From assembly GCF_006345805.1 (NCBI RefSeq), contig NC_043022.1, forward strand, positions 14,818,001 through 14,882,000: a stretch of DNA of 64,000 bases, read 5' to 3'. The translations under genes were made by a program, and so were the position numbers. Source of the DNA: Octopus sinensis. Lineage: Eukaryota. Below, one piece after another: positions 14,499 to 26,515 of the stretch (positions within the stretch are counted from its first letter, which is position 1; every line of letters starts with the position of its first letter). Under the pieces are notes generated by a model, which saw nothing but the letters and a program-made list of their open reading frames with translations, had not been told where the DNA came from and ran no database searches.

Positions 14499-14607
14499 CA
14501 CAACAACAGTAATATTAACAACTAGGATTTGGAAGAATATTAAAGAAACGAAGACCCAAATTTGTTGAAATAAAGTAAAACCAAGAATTTGTTGCATTCT
14601 TGCCTTT
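14499..14607 (-). CDS. candidate exon with start codon and signal-peptide-like N-terminus (MQQILGFTLFQQIWVFVSLIFFQILVVNITVVV), product unknown
   Basis: Acceptor tttttcataccatgttcag|A at 14608/14607, donor GTG|gtgagt at 14499/14498; only one frame is open through the exon; ATG at 14597; phase-0 end. T-rich DNA can yield hydrophobic peptides by chance. Confidence 0.42.
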
Positions 14608-14982
14608 CTGAACATGGTATGAAAAATAGGTCAGAATGTAATTGGTCTTTTTGTTACCATATTTGGATTGAAATACACAGCCTTTGTTATCGTTAATTAA
14701 AAAAACAAAACAAAACAATAAAAGATTTAGGAAAAGGGCTTTGTTTTTCTTTGATTTGTTTCAGTCATTAGACTGCGGCCATGCTGGGGCACCACCTAGA
14801 ATAATTAATTTTTTTTAGTTGAATGAATCAACCCCAGCACTTATTATTTTTTTCAAGCCCAGTACTTATTCTATCAGTCTATTTTGCTGAACTGCTAAGT
14901 TACGAGGACAGACATAAACCCACCAACACTGATTGTCAAGTGGTGGTGAGGGACAAACACAGACACAAAGACACACACATAG

Positions 14983-15042
<60 letters not shown>

Positions 15043-15236
15043 GGGTGAAAAAATTGGATATTAATTTAATAACATCAATTTAACACCAAGTGGTTTAGCG
15101 CATAAAAACTGGGATTCAGTAAATATTAATACACAAATATAAGAGAGAATCCTTGAGAACAATTCTTGGTGGTTGAGACCATTGCGGATCTATTTTTAGC
15201 GCAAGAGCGTCCACATAGTGGATTCTCTCTTATATT

Positions 15237-15306
<70 letters not shown>

Positions 15307-15459
15307 CACACACACACACACACGCACACATACATATATATATGCATACACATTTGCTGCTGATTGAAACTGCACTTGAGTGGTGAAATTGAGAAATTAT
15401 AATATATAATGATCAGACGTGTTATTGCTGTCTCTAAATTATATGATAATGTTTTGGCT

Positions 15460-15532
15460 TAGCCACTGATGAGAACTTCGCCTAGCAAATTATTTTATTT
15501 GCTAATTAGAATTCGAAACCTAGGTATGGCTA
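15460..15532 (+). ncRNA. type I hammerhead ribozyme, canonical core
   Basis: Stem I TAGCCA/TGGCTA; CTGATGA 15466-15472; stem II GAA(C)TTC/GAATTC extended by TAGCAAAT/ATTTGCTA; GAAA 15515-15518; palindromic stem III ACCTAGGT; GUA cleavage triplet, cut predicted after 15526. Confidence 0.85.
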
Positions 15533-15672
15533 TAAAAAACAAAGTAAAAGTTTTTATTTTTCATTCCCTTCAAAATTGCTCTTAAATGTGGTTTTGGTCA
15601 TTTTGACTCCTACTTCTAGCATGTAAGGCTGCCTGTTAAGGGTCGCCTAATGTACACTACGTTTATATGGAA

Positions 15673-16061
15673 CTAGCAGTATTGCCCGGCGTTGCTCAGG
15701 TTTGTAAGGGAAATAAGTATAAAGCATTTTTAGAGAGTTATAGCCAAAAAATGCATTAAAAATGGAAAAAAAATTATGGTAAATTTTTGTTTTAAATCGT
15801 TGACTCATCGTAGACATTTTTAGAGAGTTACTTCCCTTTATTAAAAAAAAATATACATTAAAATGGAAAAAAATGATGGTAAATTATTTTTAAAATCGTA
15901 GACTCATCGTAGACGTGCGCTAATACCCAGAAGGGCTCGATATGAATCACGACTATAAGATACCCGCTTTTGGTTAAACTGCATCGCAAAATGTGGGAGT
16001 AGTTAGGAATCTAAATCGTAGGAGACAGACACTCACACAACTTCACTTTTATATATAAAGA
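15673..16061 (-). mobile_element. non-autonomous Helitron, family H1 copy 3
   Basis: Same termini (A|CTAGCAGTATTGCCCGGCGTTGCTCAGG ... TATATAAAGA|T on plus strand) and internal sequence as copies 1 and 2. Confidence 0.85.
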
Positions 16062-16361
16062 TATATGCATACACATATATACACACATATGTACAGTGGG
16101 CTTCTCTCAGTTTCTGTCTACCAAATCCACTGACACGAGGCTGTAGAAGACACTTGCCCATGTGCCATGTAGTGGAGCTGAACCCAGAACCTTGTGGTTG
16201 GAAAGCAAGCTTGTTACCACACAGTTGTGCCTGTGGCAAAATTTGAAACCATTATTAAAGTGTTGTTTGGAACTTAAATTAACAAGAAACGCTGATGGAT
16301 GGTTTTAATTTAAATCACTTTAACCCTTTTGTTACCATATTTCTGTAGAAATACAGCAATT

Positions 16362-16763
16362 TTACTCTTTACTCTTTTACTCTTTTACTTGTTTCAGTCA
16401 TTTGACTGCGGCCATGCTGGAGCACCGCCTTTAATTGAGCAACTCAACCTCGGGACTTAGTCTTTTGAAAGCCCAGTACTTATTCTATCGGTCTCTTTTG
16501 CACAACCGCTAAGTGACGGGGACATAAACACACCAGCATCGGTTGTCAAGCAATGCTAGGGGAACAAACACAGACACACAAACATATATATATATATATA
16601 CATATATACGACGGGCTTCTTTCAGTTTCCGTCTACCAAATCCACTCACAAGGCTTTGGTCGGCCCGAGGCTAAAGTAGAAGACACTTGCCCAAGGTGCT
16701 ACGCAGTGGGACTGAACCCGGAACCATGTGGTTGGTAAACAAGCTACATACCACATAGCCACT
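16362..16763 (-). mobile_element. tRNA-derived SINE, family A (CORE-like segment GCACCTTGGGCAAGTGTCTT, AGTAAAAG tail), inserted in a TTAA-type MITE
   Basis: Near-identical to copies at ~18583-18985, 21488-21884, 22383-22783, 41348-41748 (minus) and 34170-34595, 39480-39900, 50043-50456, 51638-52047 (plus). Confidence 0.9.
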
Positions 16764-16949
16764 TTTGAAATTAATGAAGAATTTAGTTAAATAACTCTGT
16801 CGTTATTAAGCTGGTGTTTTGGAACATAAATTAACATGAAATTTCAATAGAAAGTTTGAATTCGTATCACTTTTGTTACCATATTTCTGCTAGAATATAT
16901 TGCCTTTGTTTCAATTAATTTCTGAGATAATTAAGAATTTAGTTAAATA

Positions 16950-17378
16950 AAAAACACCATCCAAGCGTGGCCGTCCGCCAGCCTCGTCTGGCACCTGTGT
17001 CGGTGGCACATAAAAAACACCATCCGAGCGTGGCCGTTCGCCAGCCTCGTCTGGCACCTGTGTCGGTGGCACATAAAAAACACCATCCGAGCGTGGCCGT
17101 TCGCCAGCCTCGTCTGGCACCTGTGTCGGTGGCACATAAAAAACACCATCCGAGCGTGGCCATCCGCCAGCCTCGTCTGGCACCTGTGTCGGTGGCACAT
17201 AAAATCACCCACTACACTCTCGGAGTGGTTGGCGTTAGGAAGGGCATCCAGCTGTAGAAACACTGCCAGATCTGACTGGCCTGGTGCAGCCTTCTGGCTC
17301 CCCAGACCCCAGTTGAACCGTCCAACCCATGCTAGCATGGAAAGCGGACGTTAAACGATGATGATGATGATGATGATG
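16950..17378 (+). mobile_element. SINE-like element family C with RTE-type (GAT)n tail and an internal 63-bp x4 tandem repeat
   Basis: Four 63-bp units 16950-17205 differing by 1-2 nt, then GGAGTGGTTGGCGTTAGGAAGGGCATCC ... GGACGTTAAACGATGATGATG; other copies at ~25500-25810, 35810-36005, 42470-42680, 55430-55730, 61560-62100, 63740-64000. Confidence 0.85.
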
Positions 17379-18162
17379 AACTCTGTCGTTATTAAGCTGG
17401 TGTTTGGAACATAAACGAACATGAAAATTTGATGGAATATTTTAATCTAGATTACTGTAAAGCATGAAGTTTGTATTACGGGACCAGAGAGGGTCTCAGG
17501 TGGATTGTTATCAAAAGGTAAGCAAAGTGTAATGGCTTCCTAAGATTAAAAATAAACCTTTAAAGAATTCCCAGAGTAATTTCTTTGAGTATGATAAATT
17601 CTCTATCTCTGTAGATTGCCTACATGTGACCATTTAGCCTGCTTGAAATAACAGGTAACTCTCCCTTGAATCTCACCCTACAGTCTTAATGAAAGGAAGG
17701 ACAGATTGGATTGTGTGATACGGTGTACCCTATGTCTGGAAACAGATGGGAATGTCATGGCTGGGCACATCTTTGATCATAGGAAGTTTTTATTCCTCCC
17801 ACCCACACCACCCACTCTCTCTGCTTGATCAGAGCAGCCCTGGGGGGTCTAAATAACAACAACAACTCAACATATCTCCCACAAAAAACAATCTATTTCA
17901 GCTGACTGACATTGGCAAAGGAAAATAAATAAGACTTTGAATGAAAGGGAGGAGGAGTAAAAACAAACGTTAGAGTAGGAGAGGGAGAGAGAAAGGGGAG
18001 AAGAGAGGGAGGGAGGGAGAGAGAGATTGATAGATTGCTAAAGAATGAAAGATAGACAGAGAGAGAGATAGATATGTATGTCATCATCATCATCATCATG
18101 TTTTAACATCCGTTGTCCATGCTAGCATGGACTGGACCCATATATATATATATATATATATA

Positions 18163-18534
18163 CTAGCAGTATCGCCCGGTGTTATATAAGCATTTTTAGA
18201 GAGTTATAGCCAAAAAATAGCAAAAAAATGCATTAAAAATGGAAAAAAAATTATAGTAAATTTTTTTTTAAATCGTTGACTCATCGTAGACATTTTTAGA
18301 GAGTTACTTCCCTTATATTAAAAAAAATATGCGTTAAAATGGAAAAAAATGATGGTAAATTATTTTTTAAATCGTAGACTCATCGTAGACGCGCACTAAT
18401 ACCCAGAAGGGCTCGATATGAATCACGACTATAAGATACCCGCTTTTGGTTAAACTGCACCGCAAAATGTGGGAGTAGTTAGGAATCAAAATCGAAGGGG
18501 ACAGACACTCACACAACTACAGTTTTATATATAA

Positions 18535-18537
<3 letters not shown>
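18163..18537 (-). mobile_element. non-autonomous Helitron, family H1 copy 4, in a (TA)n tract, 3' hairpin partly deleted
   Basis: Termini as in other copies; flanked by (TA)n on both sides; the CGTTGCTCGGG half of the hairpin is missing. Confidence 0.85.
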
Positions 18538-18583
<46 letters not shown>

Positions 18584-19166
18584 CTTTTATTCTTTTACTT
18601 GCGTCAGTCATTTGATTGTGGCCAAGCTGGAGCACCACCTTTAGTCAAAGAAATCAACCCCAGGACTTATTCTTTGTAAACCTAGTACTTATTTTATCAG
18701 TTTCTTTTGCTGAACTGCTAAGTTTCAAAAACATAATCACACCAAAATCACTTGTCAAATGATGGTTGGAGGACAAACACAAACACAAAGACACACACAC
18801 ATAAATATATATATACATATATACGACAGGCTTCTTTCAGTTTCTGCCTACCAAATCCACTCACAAGGCTTTGGGTCAGCCTGAGGCTATAGTAGAAGAC
18901 ACTTGCTCAAGATGTCACGCAGTGGAACTGAACTTGGAACCATGTGGTTGGGAAGCAAGCTTCTTACCACACAGCCATGCCTGCACATATATACATATAT
19001 ATATATGTAATGTATGTATGCATGTATGTATGTATGTATCATCATCATCATCATCATCGTTTAACGTCCGTTCTCCATGCTAGCATAGGTTGGATGGTTC
19101 GACTGGGGATCTGGGAAGCCAGAAGGCTGCACCAGGCTCCAGTCTTATGTGGCAATGTTTCTACAG

Positions 19167-19197
<31 letters not shown>

Positions 19198-20014
19198 TAC
19201 ACACACACACACACAAAGAGAGAGAGAGGCAGATATCGGAGAAACTTAAAGAGGGTTAGAAAAATAAAGGTAAATTCAGATACCAGAAGGGAAGAGAGAA
19301 AAGGTGAAGGAGAGAGAAAAAAAGACAGCGTCCTCCTGCTAGTAAAGTTTCCACATGTGTTATTTTCATCATGCATATGAATGGAACTTTCCAGAAGCTA
19401 CTTATAGTAAATCCCTTTGGATTGCTGATTTCTGTTTACTCTAGTTATTACAATAATCTTCTCTCGTCACTGGCTCATCAAATGAAAATATACACACATA
19501 ATTTCACATGTATATATGTGTGTATATATATATGTATATATATTCTTTTTTTGGAAAATTGGCTCTCAATGTACATCACACAAAGCTTTAAATAATCCTT
19601 TGTACTACGTGCATAAGTTCTGAAATTTTAGTGCAGGGGCTTGTTGATTGTATTGACCCTAGTATTTAACTGGTATTCATTTACTTGACCTTGAAATGAT
19701 GCCAAGCAATGTTGACCCCGGTAGAATTTGAACTCAGATTGTAAAGGGAGAGGAAATGCTGGTAAGCATTTTGCCTGGTGTGCTAACGATTCTGCCAGCT
19801 TACTGCCTTATAAGATGTCAAAGGCTGCCAGAGGAAATTTGGGCTCCTGTTTTTTTAGACAGCCTTTGAATATTTCTATCCAAAAGGGTTTTAAAATCCA
19901 ATATTTATATGCTATTATTTATAGCCTTATGTGATGTGCATTGAGATCCAATATTCCATAAAAAAAATTATGTCATGTTCTCTCTGAAGTTTAAAAATTT
20001 TTATAGCATCAATA

Positions 20015-20560
20015 ATATGTATGTATGTATCTTTGGCCACCTTTGGTCATAGCTGACCATGGGTATCACGTCTGTGCATTCATTGTCTAGGTTGGGTCAC
20101 TCAGCTCGAGCAGTGCCTCTTGTGGCCATGGAGACTAATGTGAGAATGATAGTCTCAGTCGCATAGATTGCATCTGTGTATGGCAGTGCTTTTCAACCAT
20201 TTTGCTGGAGCGGAACCCCAAGGAAACATTCCACTGGCTCGAGGAACCCCTGTGCAATAATTTAATAGTCTTATGCACAAATATCTGCACAGGAGAATTA
20301 AAAATTACTGCCGGTTTTAGCAGTTTTGTTACTTCTTGCGGAACCCCTGGACTGTACTGGCGGAACCCTGGTTGAAAACCACTGGTGTATGGATTCCAGT
20401 CTGTCAGCTGTCGATCCCTTACATCAGGCTCACTTTTCTGCAGCTGACAGCTTCTCTTCACCCAATCGGCAGCTGTTTGAGAAGTGTACTTTTCCACCCG
20501 GTGCGGTCTGCTGCCAGGTCCTCCCAGGAATTGACGTCAATGTATGTATGTCATTATTCA
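20015..20560 (-). mobile_element. RTE-clade LINE 3' end (decayed ORF C-terminus, C2H2-like motif, TACA tail)
   Basis: After removing the MITE, minus strand reads IDVNSWEDLAADRTGWKSTLLKQL...ADRLESIHRCNLCD*DYHSHISLHGHKRHCSS, then a short UTR and (TACA)n. Confidence 0.85.
20184..20384. mobile_element. hAT-type MITE (201 bp)
   Basis: TIR CAGTGCTTTTCAACC / GGTTGAAAACCACTG (14/15); perfect 8-bp TSD GTGTATGG at 20176-20183 and 20385-20392. Confidence 0.93.
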
Positions 20561-20706
20561 GTTTTATTTCAAGATGTCTCTGCCAAGAGAGAAAGAGATG
20601 GTTTCTAACCTAGATTCAATTCTCCTTCATTGGAATTTCAACAACAACAAGGTATGTATGCATGCATGCATGTGTGTATGTATATTTAATTTTACAAGAC
20701 AAAATG

Positions 20707-20761
20707 GTGACAGTAACTTCGAAGTTTCAGCTCCCTGGCAGTCATCAGACTTCAAAGTCAC
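20707..20761 (-). ncRNA. hammerhead-like motif, stem II degenerate
   Basis: Minus strand: GTGAC-TTTGA-AGT CTGATGA ctgccagggagct GAAA, palindromic stem III ACTTCGAAGT, then U, then ACT-GTCAC; stem II pairs poorly. Confidence 0.4.
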
Positions 20762-20959
20762 TCTCAACTTTTTAATAAATATGTCCTCTACTAAACAGTA
20801 TTGAGTAATCCTTCAGTTTAATGCTAAATTGCTGCTGAAACAGATGACTGGGACCTGGTGCAGCCCTCTGGCTTGCTGGCTCCTGTCAAAACCATCCAAC
20901 ACATGCCAGCATGGAAAGCAGACGTCAAAAGATTTTAGTTGAACTTTATTTCTCTTTAA

Positions 20960-21179
20960 CCCTTTCGTTACTGTATTTATTTTGAGACGCTCTGTGTTTC
21001 TTTCAATTACTTTAAATTTAACAAAGAATTTAGTAAAATAACTTAGCTTTCATTCAGCTGGTGTTAGGAACACAAATTGTGACTAAGGTTTGGTGGAAGA
21101 TTTTAATTCAGAACTTATGAAAATAAGACATTTGTACTCAGAGCCAGAGACGGTTTCAGCCGGGTTGGTAACGAAAGGG
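20960..21179. mobile_element. piggyBac-type MITE (220 bp)
   Basis: TTAA|CCCTTTCGTTAC ... GTAACGAAAGGG|TTAA. Confidence 0.9.
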
Positions 21180-23268
21180 TTAAACCCTGGTGCTTATTCT
21201 ATTGGTCTTTTCTGCTAAGTTACGGGGACGAAAATACATTTGCACAGGTTATCAAGCAGTGAAGGGAGACAAACATAGACACAAACATACACATACACAC
21301 AAACACACACTCACATACACACACATGACTACCTTCTTTCGGCGTCTGTCTACCAAATCCACTCACAAGGCCTTGGTCGGCCTGCAGCTATAGTAAAAGA
21401 CACTTACCCAAGGTGCCATGCAGTGGGACTGAACCTGGAACTCTGTGGTTGCAAAGTAAGCTTCTTAACCATACAGCCACATTATATACTCTTTACTCTT
21501 TTACTTGTTTCAGTCATTTGACTGCGACCATGCTGGAGCACCGCCTTTAGTCGAGCAAATCGACCCCGGGACTTATTCTTTTTGTAAGCCCAGTACTTAT
21601 TCTATCGGTCTCTTTTGCCGAACCGCTAAGTGACGGGGACGTAAACACACCAGCATCGGTTGTCAAGCAATGCTAGGGGGACAAACACAGACACACAAAC
21701 ACACACACGCATATATATATATATATATATGACAGGCTTCTTTCAGTTTCCGTCTACCAAATCCACTCACAAGGCATTGGTCGGCCAGAGGCTATAGCAG
21801 AAGACACTTGCCCAAGATGCCACACAGTGGGACTGAACCTGGAACCATGTGGTTGGTAAGCAAGCTACTTAACCATACAGCCACATTATACACCCATTGT
21901 TTTTCCAATTTGGTATTAGGTTAACTTTCAACAAACAAAATAATTTGCAAAGCTACCCAGATAACTTTACAGGGTGCGGTGGGGTTTATGTGTTTACCCA
22001 ATACCCTTTCAATAAGTTAACACAGATGAACAGTAAACAAACTCTGTCTCACTCCACCCCAGAGCAAGATTTAAATTAGCAGCTGGGAAAAGGTCAACTA
22101 AAATATTATCGTCACTGATTGTCTAACGAGCCTCAGACATCTCTATCAGTGAGAATGCCAGGAAAAAACACAATTACAGCGAATATTTATTTGAATCTCA
22201 GCACTATACGAAATGAAAGAAAAGGCAGCAGTAAACGAACCTCGTGGCTTAACGGGTTTTAAAAGGTGATGGTGGAAATGTTGAGTTTGTTGAGAATGGT
22301 GAAAAAATACTCGATTGCAAGGAAGGAAACATGGAGCCTAGTTTTGGTCTCTGAATAAAAGACGAACCTAAAAACACAATTTATTCTTTTATTCTTTTAC
22401 TTGTTTCAGTCATTTGACTGCGGCCATGCTGGAGCACCGCCTTAAGTCGAGCAAATCGACCCCAGGACTTATCCTTTGTAAGCCTAGTACTTATTCTATC
22501 GGTCTCTTTTTTGCCGAACCACTAAGTTACAGGGACATAAACACACCAGCATCGGTTGTCAAGCAATGCTAGGGGGACAAACACAGACACACAAACACAC
22601 ACACATACATATATATATATACATATGTACGACGAGCTTCTTTCAGTTTCCGTCTACCAAATCCACTCACAAGGCTTTGGTTGGCCTGAGGCTATAGTAG
22701 AAACACTTGCCCAAGGTGCCACGCAGTGGAACTGAACCCGGAACCATGTGGTTGGTAAACAAGCTACTTACCACACAGCCACTTCTACGTACAGGGTTAA
22801 ACTAATAGCCACTGAAAAAGCATCTGAATGGTAGATCAACCTGCTAGAAACAACAGCTAAATTCCTCACAACTTACACCCATACCAGCTTAAAAAGTGGC
22901 TGGCACATTGTCTAAAAATAATATGGGATGGTCATGGCTGGAATATTTTTACTATATACCTGCCTTGTCAGAGCTGACCTGGGGTTAAACAACATCAGAT
23001 CGTTGAAATGGTTGATAACTATAAATAAAGAAGAAATATTCATGAACATGGTCTTCCTCATGAGGACAGTTAATTGGACCTTGAAATATATGTCAAACTG
23101 CACCTCTATACGGATACACACATACATACCTAACTATCATATAGATAAATCAACAAAATATATACACACATACCCAAACACATACATATATATATATATA
23201 TATACACACACTTAAATTCAAAGATAACTCAAGACTTGAATACCTCTTAAACCCGTACACACACACAC

Positions 23269-23314
<46 letters not shown>

Positions 23315-23791
23315 ACACGCACATATATATATATATTTCAGAGTGTTAATGTGTTTGATGATGATGATGATGATGATACGCATGTGTGTATATGTGTGTG
23401 CATATATGTGTACACACACACACATAGGTACACATACACTGTAATAGGATTAATTAAAAGAGATAGTAAGAATAAAGAGAACATGTTGAATAAGGTACTC
23501 CTATATAACTCCTCTAATTAAAACAGGGTGGTCATAAAAGGAATGCTTTTGATCATAGCCCTCCAAGATCACAGATGACTTGGAGTTAAACAAACAGCAA
23601 CAACAACAGCTAATTTGAAATATTTACATATGCCTAAATATACTAATGTGAAGGTGCACAGCTCAGTGGTTAGAGCATCAGGCTTGCAATCATGAGGTAG
23701 TGAGTTTGATTCCTTGACCAGGCTGTGTGTCGTGTTCTTGAGCAAGACACTTTGTTCCACATTGCTCCAGTTCACTTATCTGTAAAAATAT

Positions 23792-24130
23792 GAATGGAGG
23801 CACCCAACCAAAGCGCCGAAGGGCCACGAGGAAGAGAAGGGACCTGTTTGCATGAAAATAGGGGAGGAAGTCTGGGTTAAGCCACCAAAGGCGCGCTGTA
23901 CGTCTCAATGGAGCAGAGGAACGGTGACGGCGGTCAATTCCAGAAACAACGTCTCCGTAGATGGAATGCCGCGACACGTCTTGGACCTTCGCAGGATTGT
24001 CGCTTAGACGGACGACGATTCTGGAGAGGGGGAGAACGAGGTGCCCAGCTTGAGAAGATCTCAACGCGCAAGGTGCCCTCCCGGTTGGATGGTGGACTAT
24101 GACATGGAGCAGAGAGATTGTGATCTTTAA
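23792..24130 (+). pseudogene. Gypsy-type LTR retrotransposon integrase C-terminal fragment
   Basis: EWRHP...GEEVWVKPPKARCTSQWSRGTVTAVNSRNNVSVDGMPRHVLDLRRIVA*...LRRSQRARCPPGWMVDY; one in-frame TAG at 24005-24007. Confidence 0.85.
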
Positions 24131-24143
24131 GATCAGGGTGGCG

Positions 24144-24415
24144 TGTGGGATGATGTCAGCAGCTGGGTGAGCTGACCGGAAGTTGGGGCTGACCGGAAGG
24201 GGGCAGCCGGGACACGCGCGCAGCGAGCGGGGATTTCTGCCTTTGCGAACGAGGGTCGTCGATGGGTGAACACATTGCTACGGTTGGGTGAAGCAGCTGC
24301 TATCTTTAGCGTTCGGGTCGGGACTGTGTCGAAGGATCCGTTACCACTGAAGGGTCTCCATCGGAGCGAAGAGAAGGTAGGTGCCTCTATATTCGAATCT
24401 CTCGCACACACCACA
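24144..24415 (+). mobile_element. 3' LTR (272 bp) of the same Gypsy element
   Basis: TGTGG ... CCACA ends; preceded by purine-rich AGGGTGGCG immediately after the integrase stop; GC-rich relative to flanks. Confidence 0.8.
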
Positions 24416-24909
24416 GTGATGTCACTGGTGCCAAGCTGACCCTAGAACCATGTGGTTGGGAAGCAGGCTTCTTACCACACAGCCATGCCTCAATAGAAGT
24501 CAAGACAGAAGATGAAGAATCAGTGGAGCACAAGTTTTAATACTCGTTACAAATGTTTCAGTACCATTCCATTCTGAACCGCATTACATATAAATGATTC
24601 TGAGAAAATATACAATATCTGGATAATTTACACGTGTTGAATACAGTAGCATGTGTTACTACTGCTATATATGTTATGTACATATTCACCCTCACACACC
24701 ACACCATACACACACTAGAATCTAGAGCAGGCCAAAGATCACTGTGTTATTCTAGATACAACAAAGGAAAACTTCACATTTGAATAATGTTTTCTTACTC
24801 TGGCTAACAAGACAACTAACCTCTACACAACTACCCCCAGATAACTGACCCCTAACAATAATTTATTGTGAAATTATTATTATCAATTATCAATTATTAT
24901 TTCCCAGAC

Positions 24910-25310
24910 TGTTTTTCTTCTGAGGTACAAGGCCTGAAATTTGGGGGGGGAGGGGGCCAGTCGATTAAATCGACCCTAGTATGCAACTGGTACTTAATTT
25001 ATTGACCCCGAGAGGAAGAAAGGTAAACTCGACCTCAGCGAAATTTGAACTCAGAATGTAAAAACAGAAGAAATACCTATTTCTTTACTACCCACAAGGG
25101 GCTAAACACAGAGGGAACAAACAAGGACAGACAAACGGATTAAGTCGATTATATCGACCCCAGTGCGTAACTGGTACTTATTTAATCGACCCCGAAAGGA
25201 TGAAAGGCAAAGTTGACCTTGATGGAATTTGAACTCAGAACGTAGCAACAGAAGAAATACTGCTAAGCATTTCGCCCGGTGTGGTAACATTTCTGCCAGC
25301 TTGCCACCTT
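24910..25310 (-). mobile_element. tRNA-derived SINE family B, tandem dimer (central GCCTTTCATCCTTTCGGGGTCGAT, Meta-domain-like from memory)
   Basis: Same family at ~30465-30705, 36005-36230, 37140-37550 (dimer), 53820-54240 (dimer, minus) and several decayed copies in 58840-59850. Confidence 0.8.
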
Positions 25311-25315
25311 GTTTT

Positions 25316-25354
25316 TCTTCTGAGGATGGGCCTTTGCGCTTGAAATAATAAAGG
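25316..25354 (+). ncRNA. degenerate minimal hammerhead-like motif
   Basis: TCTT CTGAGGA T GGGC ctttgc GCTT GAAA TAAT A AAGG: stem I TCTT/AAGG, weak stem II, stem III reduced to 1 bp. Confidence 0.35.
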
Positions 25355-26130
25355 TTTTGTGGAACTTTCTGCATTGTCAGAAACTTTCATATTTTCCCTT
25401 TTCCCCTTCTTCGATATTACAATGTTTCAAGAAAACTACAATGCTCTTATTTCAATATATTATACCTATATATATAGCCCACAACTTGAAATTTTAATTA
25501 TATCATCATCATCATCATCGTTTAACGTCTGCCTTCCATGCTGGCACGGGTGGGACAGTTTCATAAGAGCCATCCAGACAGAAGCTTGCACCAGACCTCT
25601 GAAGCTGTTTTGGCAGGACTTTTACGGCTGGATGCCCTTCCTAACACCAACCACTCAGCAGAGTGGACTTAGTGCTTTTTATGTGACACAAGTACAAGCA
25701 AGGTCAGTTTGCAGCTGGATGCCCTTCCTAACACCAACCCCTTTACAGTGTGGACTGGGTGCTTTTAAATGCATCTACACTGACAGGGTCACCAAGTACT
25801 TGCAAGACAAAAAATAACAATATAAATCTTGTTATTGGATAATTCTTATTGAATAACAAATAAAACATGAAAATAAAACTCATAAGTTTTATTAAAAGTT
25901 ATTTGCACCCCCACCTCATATTGTGCTTATTCTAAATTTTCTCTTGATTGGGGCAACTGTCAAGAGTGGGGCAGGTGTCAAGTGTGGGGCAGTTGTTCTA
26001 GATTCTAGAAAAAGTGTAAATTCACATTGAAGTTCAATAGATATTACAAATAAAGTCATCCATAGTTCTGAACTCAAAACTGATACTGTAATTGATGGCA
26101 TAAACGATGCATGGGAATATTAGATGCACC

Positions 26131-26515
26131 CATGGTTGGATTTAGATTTAATGAGGCCCCTGTGCTAAGAGGTTTTGGGGTCCTTTGTAATTTTGCTAAT
26201 TCAAAACATAAAATAATGAGTGCTCCATTAAATGTAGGGGCTGCAAATTTAAAAGCATCAGCAGATTCAGAGTGACTTAGTTAAATTAACAGCTTTTTAA
26301 ATCTAAAAGGACCTAATAAATAGAGAAAGGGCTCAATAATTCTAAAGGAACTCTATCAGATTAAAAGAACTTAAGCAAGTAAAAAAAATTATAAATTATT
26401 CATTTGATAGTTGTAAATACATTTTTCAAGTTTTAACCCCAAGCTCTAGGCTTCCCTGAGTTAAAGGGGGCCCTGGGCCATGGCCCATATTGGCCCATAT
26501 AAAAATCCAGTCCTG
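26131..26515. mobile_element. old hAT-type MITE (385 bp)
   Basis: Degenerate TIR CATGGTTGGATTT / AAATCCAGTCCTG (10/13); TSD GATGCACC / GATGCTCC (7/8). Confidence 0.7.
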
